The notes below the pieces were generated by a model. It did not search any database. It was given only the letters and a program-made list of their open reading frames with translations, and was not told where the DNA came from. Positions 1-12,500 of a stretch of 60,290 bases of DNA are shown here, one piece after another (positions within the stretch are counted from its first letter, which is position 1; each line of letters begins with the position of its first letter). The DNA lies in the NCBI GenBank assembly GCA_012026655.1, contig JAAILG010001903.1, positions 1-60,290 of the forward strand, written 5' to 3'. Source of the DNA: Hydrolagus affinis (lineage: Eukaryota). Position numbers and translations under genes: made by a program.

Positions 1-435
1 GCCCTGTAATTACTGCATTTCCATATGAAGAATGCTGGAGTACTTTGACATTTCAACCAAAGCCTGCGCTATTCAAAATGTAAAGGTCATCAGCGTTTCA
101 GAATGACATAACTGTGAATGTTGAAGAGAAATAATGAACTTTTACCCTCCATTTTTCTCTTGTCTTTTTTCTTTAAATGACGTACTCCCTCCCATGATTT
201 TTTAATTTGAGAATGCAATGAGACGTGAAATGTACCCAGGCCTTTCCAGTGGTGGCCTGACTGGCTACTTGTATTTGCTCTAAATTCCAGTGTCTCTGAT
301 TTACGTGGTCAGGCAATTTAGCAGGCCAGCACATGCAGTATTACTTTGAATTTTAATCTTCAATTATAATCTGACCCGACAGATAAAATGATTCACTAGT
401 GTGGTTCTGACCTCCAACCCTCAGAGCAGACTTAC

Positions 436-563
436 TTTTCGTTCCAATTGCCTTTTGGTTTGCACTTCAACTTCCAATTTATCCTCAAATTCTTGTTGCA
501 TTCGCTTTTTGGTAAAGTCAATCTCTCGCATTGCACGCTCGTATTTCATTCGCCATTCTCCAC
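436..563 (-). CDS. MYO18A: MYO18A exon, coiled coil ([42 protein letters not shown])
   Basis: ctacag| acceptor, |gtaagt donor, 128 nt, phase 1 to 0. Confidence 0.95.
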
Positions 564-3500
564 CTGTAGAAATAAATGGAAGCTGCTTAACATTTAACTG
601 TTGTCATTCAAGCTCACTGTAGATACAAGTTGTGAAGGATTTTCACTTCAAAAATAATACTCCGCTGTGCCCATAAACCAGATCACTAATTTTAACATTC
701 TAATAGCACTGTATTGCACAGTTTTGGAGACCAAGGATTTCAATTTAAGTTTTGATTGGCATTCAGGGAATCCTTCAAGGGTATGTTTTGCTGGCTCTTG
801 TTATGAAAGTTGGAGACTCTGTAATTGGCAGGAACAATCTGTGCTACCATCTTCTCATCGGGTTAGCTATCCAATAACGGCATTGAATTCTAAGGAGAAG
901 TCCACAGCAAGGTGATCTCCCAGGTAGGAAAAAAAAGTTTCCTTGCGCGTAGGATAAGAAAAGTGAATACTATGGGGAGAAGAAAAAACTGTGAGAAAAT
1001 AGGTCTTTTCTTAAATAAAATATCCAGAGCTGCCATTTTTTAAGTCGAAAAAACTCAAATGAAATGATTGCTAAGCAAGTAAGGAACTAACTTGAGTCAT
1101 CATCATCGTCCAATTCTCCATTCAGCTCCGCAGCTCTGATAAGTCGAGCTTCCATTACTTCCATTTCCATAGAACTCATCTCCTTCTTCGCTGTGTCATA
1201 TTTAGTCTGAAACATAAATTCCCCAAATACAATTAATGATCAACGTCCACTGATGATTCCAGATAACGTCACATAAATAGTATTTGAAATTAATTTAAGT
1301 TAATTTTTACAATTTAAAAAAAAGTATATATTATTTGGTCAGCTGCTGTCTGACACACTTAAGAATTATGAAAACCAGACAGAGTTTTACATATTTTTGC
1401 CACCCACACAAGGAAATTTCCTTGTGTCTAATGGAATTCCAGACTAAAACTCCTATGAATTCTGCAATAGATGTCTAATACTACAACACTGTAAAATATG
1501 GGACAGAATTTCACAATTAAAGCATTCTTCCCACCTGCAACTCTTTCATTTCTTTCTCCAACCGAAGTCTTTCTGCTGCTTCGGTTTCTAACAGCTGGGA
1601 TGCTGATTCCCCTGTGTTCCTTTCGTCTGCTAACTCCGATGTCAGCTCTCCAATCTGTGGGATAAAATGACCAAAATTTTTATAGTTACATTAAAGCAAT
1701 TAGAATTTTGTATCCTGTAAATCATCAATTTTTAGTGTGGGAGGTATCTACTATCCCTTTTCCAAAATCACAAAAATGTGTTTGCTTTAGTCATTGAAAC
1801 TAAGCTCAACAACAACAAAACATTATGAGTTTAAATTTACACATCAGGGATAAATGTCACACTGGTTTTGCTTTGATTCAATGAGTTTTCTGAGAAATAC
1901 AAAATAAAAGCAGGCAGAAAGATCCAGAATGTTTATTAGATGTAAATGATTTCATATGCCTATATTAAGTCCTGTGGCATCTACCCAGTAGCAAGAGGTT
2001 GCTGCGAGTGCATATTGTAAGAATCAAATTTCTTCCATTTGAGGTCTTCGTTAGTCTTCAAAATTTATTGCACTGTGGATTTACCTGCAATTCCTCACAT
2101 TTACTTTGGGCCTATATTTTTAGAGATTGTTACAGAAATACTTGTTCTTCCAAAATACAAAAGTCTTAGATCAAACATCTCCAACTAGATTGAGGATGGA
2201 AGATGACAAAGCTGAACTAGTCACTGTTAATTAAATCTATCCTGGAAACTTTGTTTGCTCCTACTGAATAAAATTGTACTTTTCCAACTGTTGTCCCTTT
2301 TAAGGACCAATGTTTAACATCCAAATTAAAACTATTATTATTTGCATTATAGATGTTTTTGTAATACTGAAAATTACAGGTGGTGGAATTTCACCTTTTG
2401 TGCTTTCTCCTCCAAATTATTAATAGCTTTCTGCAAAATACAATTATATCTACATTCATCTTTGTGAATTGCAACTAAATCTTTCATCAGAGTGAAAATT
2501 TGATGTTAATTGAACTAGATTCATGCTAATCTTAAAACGGATTAACACTCCCCCATAACTGGAATGAAACTTTGGTATTAATACTTCAGAATCCCACTTC
2601 TTGCTTACCATATTGCGTTCACCCACTCTGATGTTCAATAATAGCCCCATTCTGATACCAGTGTGATATTTGGGAAGGCTTAATTACATATCAATTTGGT
2701 GTTGCAAAATGACTAATCTCTTCCTACAATCCAACATTGATAGTAAATCTGGCTGGAACACAATATATACACAAAGGACCTTTCACAGCAAACTTACCCT
2801 GCTCTCTAAACGGTCGTTGTTCAGTCGCAGCTCGTTGCGCTCCTTTTCAAATTTCTCTACTTTGCTGCGTAGCTGCTGAATCTCCTCCTGATGAAATTAA
2901 GTAGCCAAATTGGACGAAAATAAAAATAATCTGTCGATTTTTTTTTCTCCTCATTAGAAGCTGACTGATTTTGTTTTTTCCTTCACACCCAACAATAGCG
3001 ATCATTGTAATTACAACCTTCCTATTTGCAGTTCACGATTGTGTCATTGAGGTGGATGTGGCTGCGTCCTTGTACATATACCATACAACAGGATAATAAA
3101 GCCCGCCTCTGCTCTGATTGGCTAAAGTCTCAAATCTCTCGATCAAGGACTGGCTGACAGACAGTTTAAACTTAAGGAGAGTTCATTTGACCATTTCAGA
3201 CAATTGGTCTTGGTAGTCTGCTCCACCCGCATCTCACTCCTTACCCCAACCCCAACAACCTCACACCATCTATAGTTAGTGCCCTTCTCTTTCCCTCCCC
3301 CTTTTCTTCTTAGTTTGGTATTCCCAGTGTTAGTAGTCAATGTCTTCTGACAACATTAGGAAAATGTGTGGCAATGGCCAGCAGAAGGTGTTGTAGGAGG
3401 GATCTATGCCTGCACAGATCTCATTGCATTATTACATAAAAATAATAAAAATAAACTTCATGTTTATTGTCACAACTTTGTTACCTCCCGACTAGACTTT

Positions 3501-6500
3501 TCAAATGCACTCCTCGCTGTGTCTCTGGTTGCACTATCCCCGGTGTCTTCAAGCAACTGCAACCTCTATGGAAGTCTGAAATCCCTTCTACCCCTCCATC
3601 TCACTCTCTGCGCTCTCTATCCATCTTCAATTGCTGCTTAAAAACATCATCACCCACATCCTGCTTTGCTCCTTGCTCAGTACCTGACCGGCCATTTTGA
3701 AGTGCTCAGTGACGTGATCCTGCATGAAGGGTGCTGTCCAAATGCAAGTTGTTTGATAACTGAAGTACATTTATGGCCAAATAGTTCTACAAAAGCACAT
3801 CCCTTTTTAGTTTTATAGAAGCACCAGCACAATCAAATTCTAGCTGCAAAGATGGAATTTCAGCGTCAACCACAATAAGCAGGGACCAGAAGTGGCATGC
3901 CAGTCTATATTTGGGTTGATTACTGCAACCGCAAGCCACACTAACTGACTAATACATTTTTCCTCCACTATCCTCTTTATCTATGGTGTTTTGTTCCTGG
4001 CGACTTTTTTGTGTTTAAAATAAGGCTTCCAATTAAACCAGATTTTCCTTTCCAACATCCACAAATGGGCACTTTTTAGCAGGGTCACAGGATGGTCGTC
4101 AAGCACGAATACTGGCTGATTTTTCTCTCTTTAACTTGCGAAACTGAAGCCAATGACCACCAACAGAGTACAAGATTGACTGTCATAGATTGTAAGGCAT
4201 CCATAGTGGGAAATAAGGTTAATTTACATTAAGTAATAAAGTATATCCAAAGTAAATCAGTAACAGTTTAGGAGAAATAATCTCATCCAACATTTACAGT
4301 AATTCTCTTCAGTTAGGCTATTAAATGATTTAATAAAGATCAAATGTATCTTAACAAATATATAATGATATAAACAACTTGATGCATTCCAAAAAAATGT
4401 TCAGACATCAAAAAGATTGGATCGCATTCATTTGCTACAGCTGTTGCCAATCATGAAAGCCTTTAAATCAAATCTCACAAATCTCAACATTGAAGACAAA
4501 CAAATCTACTTGCTTTGATAGACTGCAGACTGCTCTATATATCCAATTTTTGAAAGCTTGTCTTTTCCATAGAATCTGATCTAGTCAATATTCGCATGGC
4601 ATAAATCAATGAACAAACACAGAGTATCTAATAGAAAGTTTACAGCTTTGGATAGAAGCTAAAATTGAATGCACTAAACTTTAGAAAAAAAAAGCTGTGA
4701 AGCATTTGTTAGTTTTAAAATGTGGTCAATTTAGCTCAACAACAATTTTGAGTTGCTTTCGCAGTTTTGTGTTTGTCAATCACAATGACATTTTCAGATT
4801 TACATAATTTTGATTAAACAGTGTTGCTCACTACACAAACAAGATAACTCAGAACAGTTGCTTTTCTTCAACTTATTATTAATAAAACATTTTCAGATTT
4901 ACATACTTTCATTAAAAGGTGTTGCCAGCTGTACAAACAAGATAACTCAAAAGCAATAAAAAAAAATCATTTCTTCAACACATTATTAATGTAAGCACCT
5001 TCAGAAACAAACTTAATTTATAAATACTAGGTATAAAACAACATAAAAATGTGGTTAAAAATACTTACATCTTTGCCACGTATCTGTTCCTCTGTTAACT
5101 GAACCTCAATCAATGGCTGAACAGTAGTGAACAACTTCCACCACTGCCAATTCTTGACTCCTTTATTCTTCTTTATGTTCTTCTGAATACATCGGATAGC
5201 TAGTTCTTGAATCTGAATCACAATCATTAAATCAGTATTAGTCATATCATTGCTGTGCCATCAGCATCATTTCAGATGAGTTGATTAATATCTTTTTTAA
5301 ATGGGCAACTATAGCATTTCTGGAATTACAACGCAATAAATTTAGACCAATTATGATGCCCATGACACTCCAAATGAAGTTTTAAACTTTACAACTTTAA
5401 ACAGCGCTGTTATTTCAAGAGTGAAATATAGTTGCCATTGGAAAATGTTCAACTTCCATTTTTGGTTAAGATCTGAAGATGACAACATGGAAATTGAATA
5501 TAAATATGATTGGGTGTAGAACAAACTCTGTGTTTACTCTAATGAAACCGACATTTTACCTTTCGCTTCTTGAAATATTGCCGTGCAAGGTACCCTCTGC
5601 AAGCTGCCTGGAAAAGTGTGATATTCCTTCTGGTCTGTTCATCTCTCTGCTCTTCCAATTTAACGAGAGATCCTGCTCTGAAAAACACCTATAAATCGAG
5701 AAAATTAAAATGTAAACATTTAAGTAATTTTGTCAAATATTTGGTTAATATTCATTCGCTTGCAAATATAGAGTAAATTCACTTTACAATATATTCTGTG
5801 AAGCGCTTTGAGATGTTGATAACATGTTAAAAGCACTATATCAAATACAAGGATTATTTTTATTATTCACCACATACAATATAGTGAATTTAATGGAGCT
5901 GCAAAATGTGATTGCAGATTTTAAAGTTTGTATCTTTCTCTCTTAAATGTCCCTCCCCACCATTTCTCTCCTGAAGGTGAAGATTCCTGTGGGGGCATTG
6001 AATGCCCTCTGCTATCTCATATCTCATCAGAAAAAATCAAATAGAAAAAGACCTAAAACTTTCCCCTATAAAATATTACCAAAAAAAGAAAATCAAGAAG
6101 ACACTAGTCATAAGTCTCTAATGCTTCTGAGTTGGAGTCCCTGAGGTTAAATAATTACCATTCCCTGTGCCTCCTAACAGAACGACTAAGATTGGTCACC
6201 CATTGAGTGATGGATTATAGTGATGACCAGCCATTGATGATGGATGCTCCTGCTATCATTCTACACACAACATAATAATAAATACTATAATAATCCTTAC
6301 ATTTGATATAACGTTTTTCACATCTTATCAACGTCTCAAAGTGCTTCACAGAATATACTGGAAAGTGAATTGACTGTATATTTGTGGGAGAAACACGGCA
6401 GTCAATTTGTCCCACAAACAGTTGTGGATTGAAATGACCAATATTTGTTACTGTGGTTTTTTTTGGACGGATTATTATTAGGCGTGTGGAGTAAGGAAAC

Positions 6501-9500
6501 TTGCCCAAGGTTTCGCCCTGACCTGCCTGGATTTGAACACAGGTCTCATGCTTGTAAGGCGAGTGCTCTAACCACTGAGCTACAGGAGCTCCAATGGGAT
6601 TCCCATGCCACACAAGGTTTTCAAAATTCTACATGCGGAAATACTTAACACTTTTTCCAATAACAAGTATTCAGAATCATATGAAAATGTATGAAAAATG
6701 GATGCACTTAATCCAAGATGGCTTCAAAAGTTAAATGTGAAAAGTTACTCTTCACACATCAGTACCTGTCCTGTCTACATTGGATTGTGTAGACTGTTAT
6801 TGGTTTTCTCACTTTAAAAGTTCCAGTGGATGAAAACATTCTATCAATGCCTTTTAATTTATTGAACACGAAAGGTCTTTTCAACCTCTTAAAGAAAGAA
6901 AATATCTGGCCATTAAACTAGGTTTTATAACCTTCTGTGTATTGATTTTTCTGGTTTTGTCACTCAGAAGCTGTTTCCATCAACATTAACAATGCCATCA
7001 ATGCACAGCACAGCAATATATTTTCCCAGGAATTGTGTTTGGTATTGTAATCTCCTGCAAAACCACTCAACTGGTAAGGTTATTCAACAACACAATCTTG
7101 GAGCGTACAACCACTTACAGATGGCTAGAAATAACTGCATTTGCGACAGACCATATTTGTAACCATTTAGTTTTCAATAGATTTTACATCACGATCCTGA
7201 AAATTCAAAAAACTGAACCAGAAGACATTATCATGCTGCCACATTTTGTGCTTGCATCAGAATTTCCTGATAGAAAAATCTAATTCTGGTAACAAATCAA
7301 ATGAATGTACTCTGCCTCTGGAGTCCTCACAACACTGGGTGCTGATGCACGGCTTTATGAAACAATGCTGCTTAACAATTTTTTTCCCCTCTTACATAAT
7401 TGTGCATTTCAACTTATGCGAGTGGGACTGCTGGCAAAATAGTGCTATTGTTATCTGCAGAATAAAAGGTCAAAAATCACAATACATTCAGAAGCAAAGA
7501 CATGTTTAATGTCTTTGACCAAATAGATTTAGATTTAAGCCCTGTAGCAAACATTCCCCTTACAAAGGCAGAGCTGTCAACTGTGACTTGTAGTTATTAC
7601 ATTTACATTGAAATGCTTGTGTGCTTATTTTATCTAACATGAAGAACCAGAATTTCGTATGCATCAAAACTGTACCGAACATTTGAGAATTCTGTAATTT
7701 TCACAACAAACTTGTTAAAGTTTCACTGCGATACTTTCATTAAATATGTTTTTGATATTGGTTTCAATATGTCTCTGTGTTCCTACCAAGAGGCATTTCA
7801 ACCAGAGAGAGGAGAAAATATACTGAAACTGTTCAATGAGCTATTTATCATCAATATCACAAATGTAGAATCTTGGAATTCAACTTTTCAAAAGATTATT
7901 GATTGAAGCATCTGATAAATGCATCAATCTCATTAAGCACATATTATATAAAAATGGAAGACATGAAGCAACAATGAATGTGTTACAAAATAAATGGAAA
8001 ATGCTTCACAAACATAATTCTATGAAAGGAATCTTAGTTTGAATTCTGTTCCGGTAATTATTTTGAATAAGTAGGATCACTGAAGTGGTGCAATGATATA
8101 GGAGCTTCAATGCTCTTTGGTAGAGTAAAGAACACTGCTTACACCTGCAGTGCTCGACATAATGAGATTTTGATCTCAGTTAAAACCATCAAGGAAAACT
8201 TGGCAGATGATTTAATCCTGTGTTTCCCGTGGTGATCTCATACAACTTGTTTGCAGCCAGGGGTATTCTCATGATTTTGCACAGCTCAGTATCCTAACCA
8301 ATATACAGTTTCCCATTCTACTATATTGATGCTAACATTCCATTCCTGGGCCGGTCGCACTGTTTCTCATTGCAGCAGGACTAAAGGTCAGGGACCAAAT
8401 TAACGTGATTGAAGTCATACTTATGTTGAGATTGGAAAACAAATGTGAACACGTTGGTTTGCTGAGTGGGCTGTTTTGTATAAAGGCAGCCATTGAGAAT
8501 CATCTTATATACTAAACCAATATCTCTTATCCATAAAGCAGATTTTACAAAACATTTCAATGGCACAACTTTATTTAAAACAACTCATAGTAGATCATTA
8601 CTATTAGCTGTAAGGTACAACAAATAACAACTTGGATTTATGTAGCGCCCTCCACGCCAGACGGCATCTCAGAGCGCCTCACAACTATGATCCCAGGGCC
8701 TAGACAGTGGGAGGAGGAAAAAGGTGACAAAAAGTGCGGTCGAAAAGAAAAGTTTTTAGACGTGACCCGAAAATAGGAAAGGAGAGGATTAGGCGAAGTG
8801 AGTGAGGAAAGGAGTTCCAGAGCCTCGGGGCTGAAGGCACGGCTGCCGACGGCTGCTACATCAAATGCAAGGATTATTAATATTAAATATTATTAAATTT
8901 GCACATCCTCCTGACGTGAAAGGCACTATATAAATGTAATTTTGTTGTTGTTTTATGCTGGTGTTAGTACTGGATTAAATATATACTAAATGTTGTTAAA
9001 ATTCCAATGCCAGAAAATCATGATAATAAGTATAGTACTCACCAAGTGAATCACATGATATCAAAATGTTCTTCTTGCTGCACATGTATATTTATGGTAT
9101 AAATTTGTAAAACAAAAGTAAGTGATTCCACTTGTCCAGATCAAAATGAGTAAAAACAGTTTAACGGCTTATTCTCTCATATTGTTAGCCACATGCATTA
9201 TTTTTGCAATTTACTCTCAAGTCCTACTTACGGAGTTGAGTTTCACTAACAACCAAACAATGACCTTTGTTCACTTAATAGTTTAGTATTTGACATATTG
9301 TGTGCAGAACATACAATAACTCCACAAGGAGCAAGGTTTTCATGTCATAACTAATTTGATAAAGAAAGATTTTAATTATATACAAACTAAAGATTCTTCT
9401 TTGTTTTCCCTCAGGTGATAAAAGCCAGAATCTGATGGATTGGTACCTTCACTTTCTAACTTACAAAATCATCAGTTCATTTTTTAATCACTCAAAAATG

Positions 9501-12500
9501 TTAATACACCTACCTAGTCCTCAGTGGCATATTCAGTTATAACACTGTCATTAACCCTTTCACTTCTGGTACCTATAGTGAATCTTGCACAGACTGACAG
9601 CAGAAAGTCTCTTCTCTCAGAATGATGTTGGGAGTCGTGAATTAAATTAATTTGGTAGTTGCAATCCAGTTCCCAGTGGGCATGAGTTCACATCACAAAA
9701 TGACCCCCAATTTAACTTCAATTGACACGAAGCTGGCAGTCTCATTCATTTAGGTCACTGAGATGGTTGCTGTGGGGAATGGAAATGCCAGGCTAGTGTA
9801 GCAGTGAGTGCTATTCTGAGGGGGGTCAATGCATTATTTGAAGCAGTGCAGACAGTGCTTACTCTTCATCTAGATTGACTCTGGGAATACCCGATGCTGA
9901 CAGGAGGGCAGAAGTGAAAATCACTTACATTCCCCAAAACGAATACCTCTCACCTTTACCAAGAATTAACAGAAATAGTTTTATTCAGAGCCAGGAAATA
10001 AAGTAATGCTGGTTTACAAGTTTCAACTCGGGTAAAAGTTAGTGAGACTTCCATTCAGAACATAAGTGCAGAACAAGAAATGGTTCAGAACAGCAGCAGT
10101 TACAGAAAACCTTTGCAGCACAATCCATTACAAAACACATAAGACACAGCATCTGACTCAATCTGTTATCCATAACATATACCAATGGTTTTTGTGAATG
10201 TATGAAGCCAAGAATACTGTTGCGTTTCACTTGAATAAACAGAATATTTACTAAACAGCTACACCTAAATGGCACACACGTCAGTTTCACTTCCACTAAA
10301 TTTAGCAATGCCCCAAACATTTTCAATATCTAACAGTATGCAGATTGCCACTTTGAGCTTTGGCCACAGCGGCCCTCAAAGTCCACCAAGACAGTGCAGT
10401 CACCAAGTAACTGAATGCATTAACCTGATTATATCAATCAGATTCAGCATTAACAATGTAACAGTAATTACCTAATTGGTTTAATTTATGAATTAATCAT
10501 TTAATTAATCCTTCGGTCACCTTTCCTTTCCCCACCAGCTCAGGTCCCACCACCAGCTTGGGTGCCAAGTGCCTTGGGTTATCCCCTAAAGTGAAAGGCT
10601 TTGTATAAATGTATTTGTATTGTTTCAGATTTCATTTGTCACCTGTGGTAACAAACACTTGAATTGCCTCCACTGCTCCACAATAATTCACCAAAAACCT
10701 ATCAACAATTTCACAACATGCATCTCCATTAAAAAAAACTAAAAAATATGTTCAGATCAAATTAAAAAAATTCTGGCTAAGACTTCCAAAACCTCTACAA
10801 CCTCTACTTCAGGCAGCAGTTCTTTCAGTTTAATGTTACACTTTCAACACAGGCTATTTAATGTGGAGCTAACAAGATTTTGATTGTTAAATTGAGCCAC
10901 CTACAGGCAATTTTGACATGGAAGTATTCTGCTCCATTTAGGGTGAACGTCCTCTAGGAACAGATGTTAAAAATTCTTCCTTTTTAAGCAGATTCTGGGG
11001 ATGATTGACCAATCGGGAGAGAAACTCCTGAATTAGGGCATGATATGAGCCCGTGGATGTATACAATTTTCAATGCTGCTTTAATGGTCATTTTTTCCAC
11101 TCTGAGTGATACCTCATCTGTGGGTGCATCCATGGATTGCAAGTTTCAAAAGCAAACTAGTCAATATTTTAAAAACAATTGAATATGTTTTGGGAAGGAA
11201 AATCTCTACTAGGTGAAATCCAATTAAAGACGGAAATTAACAGTTTAATTTGCAGGATTAACTCTCACTCACCATTCCCTATAGAGAAGTATGCAAACTT
11301 TAAGATTTCCCACTAATTTCCTTCACTTTCCCACTAATTGCAAATCACCCCCTTTAAGCACCCAATTCTAAAACATGCTTCTAAAGTCCATTTGAGGTTT
11401 ACTTGTGAGTTTTCTTTCAAAATCTTTTTTTGCCTCTACTCAAGGCACCTAATAAAAAGAATTAAGGAACAGTTCAGCCAAGTAAATATTTACAAATGTG
11501 AACAGTTTATTTCAGTTTATAGGTGTTTTAAAGCAATTAAATGCTTGAAGGGTAGAATTATTTTTAGTTGGCAATGAAATGTAATGGACACACAATAAAT
11601 CCAGTCAAAAACACTGCTAAATTTATCTCCTCCCTGTGGAGGAGCATTATTTATATCTGTGTACGTTAGAAAGCCGTTTGTAAAACAATAGTGCTGATCA
11701 GATGAAAATGATTTTAGAAATGGGATCAGCATTTATAGGAAGGATGATGTTGCTTATAGTGGCTAAATGCAATAGTAGTGTTGGAGATTTTTAAGATGGT
11801 CTCTTCTATTCAAGAAACCTGAACTAGAAAGATTTCTTTTCCAACCAGCATCAATATAAATATGTCAAATCCATGAAATTTGCAAGTAGCTTTTTTGGAG
11901 ACTGAGAGCACTTATATCAGAAACTATTTCATAAAGTATGAATCTAAAATCAAGTTCTCTGCAAATCTGATTTGAAATGAACAGCAGTTCAATGTTTTTA
12001 AATTGACATTTCTCTAGATCTATCATAAACATGAATTTCCATGTGTAGGTTGGATGACTGGAACTCAGTTTGGTTTGGTTTCCATATGTGTCAGATAACC
12101 TAGCTGACCAAAATTAATGAGCGAAACACTGAAAAATACTCCAACAGTTACCTGGCAAGGTAAACAGGGAAAGATTTCAAACATTCTACTGTCTTTTTCT
12201 GTACATGCCACTTTATATTCAAACTACGTGTTAAAATAATTAATTACCATTTCTCCTTATATACATATCAAGTTATGCACTCTATCAACTCAAATTCATT
12301 AAGTTGCAATCCCTCAAGGTTTGCAATTATTTCCTAAGAGTGCTCATAACAGATGACAGAAATTCTTGATACAGCAAGGTTACAGAAATGAACTCAACAA
12401 CAGACGCTCAAAGCTGAGGTCTTGGTGCCTAAAAAAAGGCAAGCACTAATCAAGCTTTTTCAATGCCTCAAGACAAATTGGGCAAATCGCATAGCAACAA

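Noticed and set aside
3870-4170. GC-richer patch as a possible exon or ncRNA (also about 8090-8400)
   Set aside because: No splice-compatible ORF; looks like a decayed ancient repeat that I cannot name with confidence.
6520-6592. tRNA-Val(TAC)-like gene with A and B boxes (also about 24810-24882)
   Set aside because: Acceptor stem does not close, and the head runs into a repeated body and L2-type tail, so it is a SINE head.
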